Shown here in pieces: positions 57,597 to 64,000 of a stretch of 64,000 nt of DNA. The stretch covers positions 1-64,000 of the forward strand of contig PRDH01000021.1 of NCBI GenBank assembly GCA_003345545.1, in the 5' to 3' direction. Numbering within the stretch: position 1 is the stretch's first letter; every line of letters starts with the position of its first letter. Both the position numbers and the translations under genes were made by a program. The DNA is from Candidatus Thorarchaeota archaeon (GTDB lineage: Archaea; Asgardarchaeota; Thorarchaeia; Thorarchaeales; Thorarchaeaceae). The notes below the pieces were generated by a model. That model was not told the DNA's origin, searched no databases, and was given only the letters and a program-made list of their open reading frames with translations.

Positions 57597-58118
57597 CTAT
57601 TCTCTTTGATTCTGTAGCCGCTCTGAAGGAATCAGCACCGTGTAGCGCGCATTGAGTGGATCCTTCATCATCTCTGCTAGCTTGATGCCGAGTCCGAAGC
57701 AGGTCAGCTTTCCGATGGGCGTCAGTTTCAGAAAGACCGCAGTCTTCCTGTACTTGGAGCCTTCCGTGAACCGGACCATCCTCTTTTGCGCGCGCCCGCT
57801 ATAGGCAGCTCGCGCCACCGAATCATCGAACGGGAGAACTTCAGCAGTACCTTGGAATGACACAGTGGGTGCTGGTATGAACCTCAGGATGTGGTGCGGA
57901 AAGGGAATCACGAATGAGATCTTGGAATTCCGTTGGATGTTTTTGACTTTCACATAAGTTCCGTCGGACAAGATGTACAGGGCGAAGTGAGACTCTCTCC
58001 GTGAAACGGCATATTGCACTGCAGAGGATTGTACACCTCCCGACGGACTTATCGTGCTCAGGATTCCGAAGCTCTTCTCCCTGATCTTCTTCTCGACCTG
58101 TTCGAACGTCTTTTCCAT
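57597..58118 (-). CDS. Pyridoxamine 5'-phosphate oxidase-like FMN-binding protein
   Basis: FGILSTI...G, KVKNIQRNSKISF, FQGTAE. Confidence 0.8.
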   Translation of the reverse strand: MEKTFEQVEKKIREKSFGILSTISPSGGVQSSAVQYAVSRRESHFALYILSDGTYVKVKNIQRNSKISFVIPFPHHILRFIPAPTVSFQGTAEVLPFDDSVARAAYSGRAQKRMVRFTEGSKYRKTAVFLKLTPIGKLTCFGLGIKLAEMMKDPLNARYTVLIPSERLQNQRE

Positions 58119-58190
58119 TGAATTACACCTTCCCTCAGCGCGGACTGATTAGGCTCTGAAACGGAAATCTCGCGATTGGATCAAATGCTA

Positions 58191-58616
58191 TCATATGTAC
58201 TTTGGCAGCGTCTTCAACAGCTCATCTACACTGGATACAATCTCCCCATTTACCTCAATTGCTCCCAGCACGTATTGGTTCTTGTACATCCTCCCCGGAC
58301 CTGTTCTATTCTTTCTGATATCCGTATAGAGACCTATCACTGGGATATTGGTGCCGTAGGCAACACCAATCTCACATGCGACTCCGGTGTCCTCTGGAAA
58401 CTGGTCCAAGCATGCCACAACCAGATCACATGACTGAAGTTCTTCTGTATCGACTCTGAAGATTTCCTCATTGGTGGGGTCTGCATCTTTGCTAAATGCC
58501 TCCTGCGGAAGAAAGACAGTATATCCCGCGGCGCGCACACGAGCCACGGAAACCTCATTGAACTTTCTATCAGCCTCAGAGAACAGCGCATTTGCCCAAT
58601 AGATCTTCTTGTCCAT
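58191..58616 (-). CDS. Nucleoside 2-deoxyribosyltransferase family
   Basis: IYWANALFS, FLPQE, D.GVACEIG, N.Y. Confidence 0.85.
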   Translation of the reverse strand: MDKKIYWANALFSEADRKFNEVSVARVRAAGYTVFLPQEAFSKDADPTNEEIFRVDTEELQSCDLVVACLDQFPEDTGVACEIGVAYGTNIPVIGLYTDIRKNRTGPGRMYKNQYVLGAIEVNGEIVSSVDELLKTLPKYI

Positions 58617-58745
58617 ATCTTTCTCGACCTCTCTATTCCCTAAGCACTATCCCGACAAGCTTCTCGAAGTCCGCTGCTTGCTATTATATCCTTTCGAGTC
58701 ACGTGAAATCCGAGCAGATCTCCTCGTATTCGCTCTCCTTGTGTA

Positions 58746-59006
58746 CTACCTTCGCCTTGGTCTCTGCCAGCAACAGAGCAATACCACAGACACGATAATG
58801 AGAATGCCCAAGAAGAAGACAGTCACAGGTCCGCCGGGGAGGGCCTCAGCTACCGCGGGACTACTTATGGCAAAGGCGGCAATGAGCAGACCCAACGAAA
58901 GAAGGCAGTAGATAACCGTGTTTCTAAGGTCTTTTCTCGTTCTCATCGCATCATAGTCGGGTTCTGGCCCTTTGCCTTCGAGAGAGTTGCGTTTCAGAAT
59001 CGACAA
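58746..59006 (-). CDS. Small 2-TM membrane protein
   Basis: Two TMs, then CCW and a basic tail. Confidence 0.5.
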   Translation of the reverse strand: MSILKRNSLEGKGPEPDYDAMRTRKDLRNTVIYCLLSLGLLIAAFAISSPAVAEALPGGPVTVFFLGILIIVSVVLLCCWQRPRRR

Positions 59007-59094
59007 CGTATCTGCACCGCCGAAATGGTGCTAGAACGAAAGTATATGTCTTCTCTTCGACGTATATCCCGTCTCATCGAGTGAGAGGCATCTG

Positions 59095-59712
59095 CTACCT
59101 GCTCGCTGAGCTATACAGTATCGCCGCAGTCGACTCGAGATAGTTCTGAATGGTTCCTGCTTGTTTCGCTGCATCAGTCAATGAAACCACGAAATAGTTC
59201 GTCCTCTCCGTCACAACTGCCTCAGTCCCATCGTTTCTAAGCCGCATGAGAAAGGCCACTACTCTGGCAGTGGCACTGGCCCTGCTCAGTGGTTTCCTTG
59301 TATCTCTGTAGTTCTCTGCAACTATTTTCTCGACGAAGTTGATACGTTCCCAGAATGCACTGACTTCCTGGTGCAGCTTGAAGGTGATGACATCCCCAAG
59401 TGAGTCTAGGATGAGCACGCCACACGAATTCATCGGTATACTTCCAACTATGACCTTATGGGCGTCTTCTCTCAGGGTGGACCTAGGGATATGCATGAAC
59501 CTCTTGGACTGCTTTTGCTCTTGCACTCTGATGATAGGAATGATGGCAATTCCAGGATACGACAACGGCTCATCGAGTCTCAGCACATGCCCGCGTAGGA
59601 TCTCATCGGCCACAGCCCTTACGCACTCCTCAGTCTCGCTCACCCACATCAGCTCATCGTTTGTATTAATGTTACGTACAGCTTTCAAAGGACTATAAAT
59701 TCTTCCATTCAT
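59095..59712 (-). CDS. Hypothetical protein, weak ARPP-1/DUF6569-like
   Basis: LDEPLSYPGIAIIPI resembles the ARPP-1 N-terminus; start probably ~59649. Confidence 0.45.
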   Translation of the reverse strand: MNGRIYSPLKAVRNINTNDELMWVSETEECVRAVADEILRGHVLRLDEPLSYPGIAIIPIIRVQEQKQSKRFMHIPRSTLREDAHKVIVGSIPMNSCGVLILDSLGDVITFKLHQEVSAFWERINFVEKIVAENYRDTRKPLSRASATARVVAFLMRLRNDGTEAVVTERTNYFVVSLTDAAKQAGTIQNYLESTAAILYSSASR

Positions 59713-59727
59713 GGGATTGCGTTATAT

Positions 59728-60525
59728 GTGAGTTCGATTCTTGAGCGCCCTATGAACGAGACCCTGAAAGTGCTTGATAATCGAAGGTCCCTGAGGGGAT
59801 ATGACCCTCGGCCTATCTCAAAAGAGCACAAAGAGTGGATCCTTCACAACATGTTCCGTGCTCCCACAGCTGGAAACATGATGCATTACTCAGTCATTGA
59901 GGTTGCAAATCAAAAGATGAAGGACAAGTTGGTCACTACATGCGACAATCAACCCTTCATCGCGAAGGCTCCTCTGGTGCTATTGTTCCTTGCAGACCTG
60001 CAGAGGTGGTACGACCTCTTCGAATCCTCAGGTGTGTCAGAAATATGCAGAGAGCGAGGTCTTGACTATGTCACACCACAAGAATCTGACCTACTGCTTG
60101 CGTCCTGTGACGCATTGGTGGCAGCACAAAATGCGGTAATCGCTGCTGAGTCACTTGGGATTGGGTCCTGCTATATCGGGGACATCATGGAGAACATAGA
60201 AACCCATCGTAAGATGTTTGATCTTCCGAAGTGGGTATTCCCGATTGCCCTCCTATGCTTTGGCTATCCCGTTCGTGAAGAACGCGCTGACCGTGAGAAG
60301 ACACCCCGATTTCCTCAACGATTCGTGTATTTCAAGGACAAGTACTTGCATATAGACAGCAAGGAGTTCGAGGCCATGCTCATGGAGCATTTCGGTCAAC
60401 CGCGCAGCTTCTTTGGCGGCGCTCAGAATATTGGGCAGAGTGTCTACCTGCGGAAGACCGGCTCTACGTTCGCAGCAGAGATGCGCCGTTCAGTCAAGGT
60501 GGCTCTTCAGGACTGGAGTGAATAG
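59728..60525 (+). CDS. Nitroreductase (NfsA/NfrA-like)
   Basis: RRSLRGY, APTAGN, NQPFI, AQNAVIAAESLGIGSCYIG, FGYP. Confidence 0.92.
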   Translation: MSSILERPMNETLKVLDNRRSLRGYDPRPISKEHKEWILHNMFRAPTAGNMMHYSVIEVANQKMKDKLVTTCDNQPFIAKAPLVLLFLADLQRWYDLFESSGVSEICRERGLDYVTPQESDLLLASCDALVAAQNAVIAAESLGIGSCYIGDIMENIETHRKMFDLPKWVFPIALLCFGYPVREERADREKTPRFPQRFVYFKDKYLHIDSKEFEAMLMEHFGQPRSFFGGAQNIGQSVYLRKTGSTFAAEMRRSVKVALQDWSE

Positions 60526-60569
60526 CCGAGTATCCGGATGAATGGGATTGACTCAGAGGTCCGTTGACC

Positions 60570-61403
60570 TTAATCCACAATCCTGTAGTTGCCCGTCATT
60601 GTGAACTCGACGAGTTTCTCTGCCACCATCTGGTCAAGTATTGGCTGGATATCTCTCTCATTACATTCAAAATCGAGTTGAGAGAGTAACTGCCTCAGAG
60701 ACAGAGAATTGTTCTGTGTCAGAACACGAATGATGACTCCGCGAACCTGCCGGCTTGACCGCTTGAACTTAGGCTGTCTAGATGTCGGAGCAATACTTGT
60801 CTTATCTGCTGTGAGTACCTCAGAGCCGTAGTCCATCAGGGCATTATGCCAGTCTCTCGACCTTCCTCGCAGGAGTAGAGCATCGGCCACCGCCTGAACC
60901 TCTTTGTGTGTCATCGATTCATCAGCGAATCCAGAGGCTATCAACACCCGGCGAATGTTCGTATCCACTGCAGCGAGGTCCTTGTTGAATGCAAATATCA
61001 GAATGGACCGGGATGTATAGGGACCGATACCCTTCAGTTCTCCCAGGTCCTTGACCTCCTGTGGAAACCCGCCTCTTGCTACGATCTCGCGTGCAGCCTC
61101 TCTCAACCATAGGGCCCTGCGATTATACCCGAGCCCGCTCCAGATAGTCAATAGTCGTTTCGTCTCTGCAGCGGCAAGGGCTTCCACAGTGGGAAACTCC
61201 CGCAGGAACTCTAGGTACTTCGGAATCACTCTATTGACCTGGGTCTGTTGCAGCATGACCTCGGACACAAGGACCTCATAGGGACTAGGATTGTTTCGCC
61301 AGGGGAGGTCTCTGGCATTTTTGCTCCACCAGTCCATGACCTTCTGTTGAAAGATATGCGCGGACTCTTGGTCAAGGTTGACAGTCATGTCTGACACCAC
61401 CAT
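60570..61403 (-). CDS. MutY-like adenine glycosylase lacking the Fe-S cluster
   Basis: RDLPWR, VSEVMLQQTQV, WSGLGY.RR, GIGPYT, VDTNIRRV; no Cys cluster; C-terminal wHTH-like region. Confidence 0.85.
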   Translation of the reverse strand: MVVSDMTVNLDQESAHIFQQKVMDWWSKNARDLPWRNNPSPYEVLVSEVMLQQTQVNRVIPKYLEFLREFPTVEALAAAETKRLLTIWSGLGYNRRALWLREAAREIVARGGFPQEVKDLGELKGIGPYTSRSILIFAFNKDLAAVDTNIRRVLIASGFADESMTHKEVQAVADALLLRGRSRDWHNALMDYGSEVLTADKTSIAPTSRQPKFKRSSRQVRGVIIRVLTQNNSLSLRQLLSQLDFECNERDIQPILDQMVAEKLVEFTMTGNYRIVD

Positions 61404-61703
61404 CTCTGCTGCAGTATCTTGTATTGTGGAGGTTGCTGCATATACTAGTACTGCAATATATCGCTTGAGGGTGGAATTCATGCTCTGGAACTTGGAATCT
61501 CACGACACACATTCAATCCTTCTCCTTTCAAATTCATGTGGCAATCAAGGAATCAGTACTCTAGGGTTGAAGAAACGTTGCTTTGATGTTTCCTCTTAAA
61601 TAGTGACCAACCAGATGAGATTACTAGCTTCCCCTATTAATGCCAATCAGTTTGGTTGCAGTATTCGTGGTTGGGGAATGAAGAGAATACAGGAGGATGG
61701 AAC

Positions 61704-62729
61704 ATGGAAAGTAGGAGAGTCCGTGTCATTGCACTCACACTCGCAGTCATGTTGGCAGTTGGTGTGGCGGTCTCTCTGATTGTCATCTACAACAATCAGA
61801 CTCCCGAACCAACACTACTTCTGACAAAGATTGGCCAAATCGATATTGGAGAGGCGGCAGTGGATGTGAAGGTAGTAGGAAACATTGCTTATGCCATAGA
61901 CCAGAATGAGCACACTCCAGGGGGACTTGTACTCATCAATGTCAGCGACCCATCGAATCCAAGTGAACTCTCCTCGTATCGTGATGGAGGATGGCCCCGC
62001 AAGGTAGATGTTGCAGGGAGTTGCGCGTACGTAGCTGATGCACAGTATGGATTGGAAATCATCAATGTCAGTAATCCAGTAAGTCCCTACAAGGTGGGTG
62101 AGTATCTTGGCAGTGGCGAGGTGTATGATGTGCAGGTGGTCGGCAGCCTTGCTTTCATTGCAGACTGGAACAATGGTCTGATAATCCTCAATGTGTCTGA
62201 TCCCAGCAATCCGCAATATCTCTCAAGCTACTCCATCACAGGGGCCTGTCACCAGCTTCATGTCGTTGACGATCTTGCATTTGTCGTGGACCATAGAAGT
62301 GCCCAGACTGGCCTCAAAGTGCTGAATATCAGTGACCCATCGCACCCAGCATTCGCTGGGAGCTACATGCCTGACGACGATCTCTGGAATCCGTTCGTCT
62401 GTGGTGACTACATGTACGTTGGCAACCACGGGCTTGAAGGTGGAGAATTACAGATTCTAGATGTGAGTGACCCATCAGAGATCACCCAGACTGGGCTGTT
62501 CGATGCAAATGGCTCAATCTTCGCCGTTCATGTTGTAGGCAACATCGCCTATGTGGCAGACATTGAATTGGGGCTACTCATCGTCGATATGAGCACTCCA
62601 CAGAGCCCAGTATTGATTGCCAGTTTCTACGATGGCGGTGAAGCTATCAACTTGGATGTCGTTGGTGATTTCGTATATGTTGTACACGGAACTGGTGTTC
62701 TAGAGATAATTCAGGTATCAATGACCTGA
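61704..62729 (+). CDS. LVIVD-repeat beta-propeller with N-terminal TM
   Basis: About 7 repeats of V.G..AYVAD...GL.I.NVSDP..P. Confidence 0.9.
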   Translation: MESRRVRVIALTLAVMLAVGVAVSLIVIYNNQTPEPTLLLTKIGQIDIGEAAVDVKVVGNIAYAIDQNEHTPGGLVLINVSDPSNPSELSSYRDGGWPRKVDVAGSCAYVADAQYGLEIINVSNPVSPYKVGEYLGSGEVYDVQVVGSLAFIADWNNGLIILNVSDPSNPQYLSSYSITGACHQLHVVDDLAFVVDHRSAQTGLKVLNISDPSHPAFAGSYMPDDDLWNPFVCGDYMYVGNHGLEGGELQILDVSDPSEITQTGLFDANGSIFAVHVVGNIAYVADIELGLLIVDMSTPQSPVLIASFYDGGEAINLDVVGDFVYVVHGTGVLEIIQVSMT

Positions 62730-62813
62730 TTCAGAATAGTGCCTCCTCGAAACATGGTCCTGAATCGTTGCTCATTCCATCACGACTCTCAACGGTAGTG
62801 CTCGATGTAATTG

Positions 62814-64000
62814 CTAGAAGAAGGGGTCAACATTGGCCTCCAAGGGAGGAAAGAGCGCTCTCACTATGGGTTGCATGACGGCTGAACACTCTACGTCGGG
62901 CTCATGACTGGCGAGAGAATCAAAGGTCTCATATCCCATGAGCAGTCGCGTTAAAGCGCCTCCTGGGATTCGGAGGTTGTATTTGCCCGGGTCCTTGTCC
63001 TCATTTTCGACAATTCCCCCGAACTCGCCGTCGGTGAAGGTGAGAGTGAAGCCCTCTTTGTAGTCTGTGACCTTCAACTCCCCGGTGAAGTCATGAAACT
63101 CAGTCTGTTTCAGACGATCTGAGAGGAGCGGTGCAATGGTCTCGATGAATCGTGGGATAGAGGGAATCTTGATGTACCAGGCATAGCGATTGATGGTCTT
63201 CGCGCCAAATCTTGCACGTACGTATTCCCTGACCTGTACCTGATTTGGAGGTATCACCCTGACAGGGAGTCCGCCCCACTCCTGTGCCTTTGCTTGAGCG
63301 AACCTCAGGACTGCATCTACATGCGTGTACGTGTCAAGGTACAGCTCCACCACATCGAGCCTATTCTCCCAGCGCGACATGTAGAACACTCCCACAGTCT
63401 TCTCCTGCTTCTTCACAAGATAGAAGAAGAAGGCCTCCTGTTCGTCGGACGTTGGCTCGTAGAGAAGGTAGGCTGAGTCCTCTGGGTGTATCAGCCTTTG
63501 CCAGGTTGTATTCTGTATCATGGCTGATATCTTCGTTTCTCGGTATCTCAGGAACTTTCTGAAGTTCTTCCTGTCCACCTCCTCAAAGGTGACCGGCTCC
63601 TGTTCTCCCTTAACGAGTCTCGGGATGAATCCCGGTGTCACCGGGTATCCACCGCCCAAGGCTGCAGCAAACTCATACCCGAAGTTGCGATAGAAGTTCG
63701 GGATTCCTGCGATAGCTTGGAACACAGGTTGGATCTCAGACACGCGTCTCTCATACTCGTCGTTGATGAGGCGCATGTGGCCTCTATGGCGGTAGGCCTC
63801 CAGGGTGCCCACTGCCTCCATCTCGACGGTGGGGAACTCGATACCACCTAGGGTCCAAGCATTCTGCTGGAGCATAACGCATGAAACGACCTCCCCGGAT
63901 TCGGGTTTCACGATGACAAAGACATCCTCCCATGAGCGTCTGGGATAGTGCTCAAGGAGAGCTCTCATCTCGTCAGTGATCTGTCTGCCATGGACTATGC
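62814..64000 (-). CDS. Eis-like GNAT acetyltransferase with SCP-like C-domain (5' end outside window)
   Basis: VGTLEAYRHRG, GIPNFYRNFGYE; the frame is open from 63968 to the window end. Confidence 0.85.
   Translation of the reverse strand, partial: IVHGRQITDEMRALLEHYPRRSWEDVFVIVKPESGEVVSCVMLQQNAWTLGGIEFPTVEMEAVGTLEAYRHRGHMRLINDEYERRVSEIQPVFQAIAGIPNFYRNFGYEFAAALGGGYPVTPGFIPRLVKGEQEPVTFEEVDRKNFRKFLRYRETKISAMIQNTTWQRLIHPEDSAYLLYEPTSDEQEAFFFYLVKKQEKTVGVFYMSRWENRLDVVELYLDTYTHVDAVLRFAQAKAQEWGGLPVRVIPPNQVQVREYVRARFGAKTINRYAWYIKIPSIPRFIETIAPLLSDRLKQTEFHDFTGELKVTDYKEGFTLTFTDGEFGGIVENEDKDPGKYNLRIPGGALTRLLMGYETFDSLASHEPDVECSAVMQPIVRALFPPLEANVDPFF

Noticed and set aside
61446-61477. Possible fossil of the Eis-like gene end beyond the LVIVD gene
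   Set aside because: The alignment needs several gaps and cannot be distinguished from chance by eye.
1-64000. CRISPR array, tRNA, rRNA, transposase or integrase
   Set aside because: I saw no regularly spaced identical repeats, cloverleaf or rRNA-like segments, and no ORF with DDE or tyrosine/serine recombinase motifs. The search was by eye only.

Overview
This is a 64-kb archaeal chromosome segment of about 50% GC. It carries archaeal uS19, a histone-fold gene, GGAGG/GGTGA ribosome-binding sites and many TTG/GTG starts. The gene content (giant surface proteins with a longin-like cytoplasmic tail, a DPM2-like membrane protein, many orphan membrane and secreted proteins) points by inference to an Asgard archaeon, most likely Thorarchaeota. 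Recognisable genes include an MFS transporter, a Cys-rich LolD/FtsX-type ABC cluster, an M14 carboxypeptidase, rps19, etfB/etfA (ferredoxin-fused), a histone, a heterodimeric ABC exporter, flavodoxin, nth, mscL, an AlkZ-like glycosylase, an aldo/keto reductase, msrB, bacterioferritin, mgtA, a nitroreductase and a MutY-like glycosylase. I saw no tRNA, rRNA, CRISPR array, transposase or integrase. The main unexplained structure is a repeated architecture. Accessory genes sit directly downstream of anchor genes, and each is followed by a decayed copy of the anchor's last ~7-15 codons, sometimes with its terminator or the next gene's start. etfA has up to four extra 3' ends and rps19 has two. A TPR gene, an aldo/keto reductase and a membrane gene/alkZ junction have one each. 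This looks like an integrase-free gene-cassette accretion process that queues new genes behind housekeeping genes. All alignments were made by eye and all family calls are from motif recognition, not database searches.
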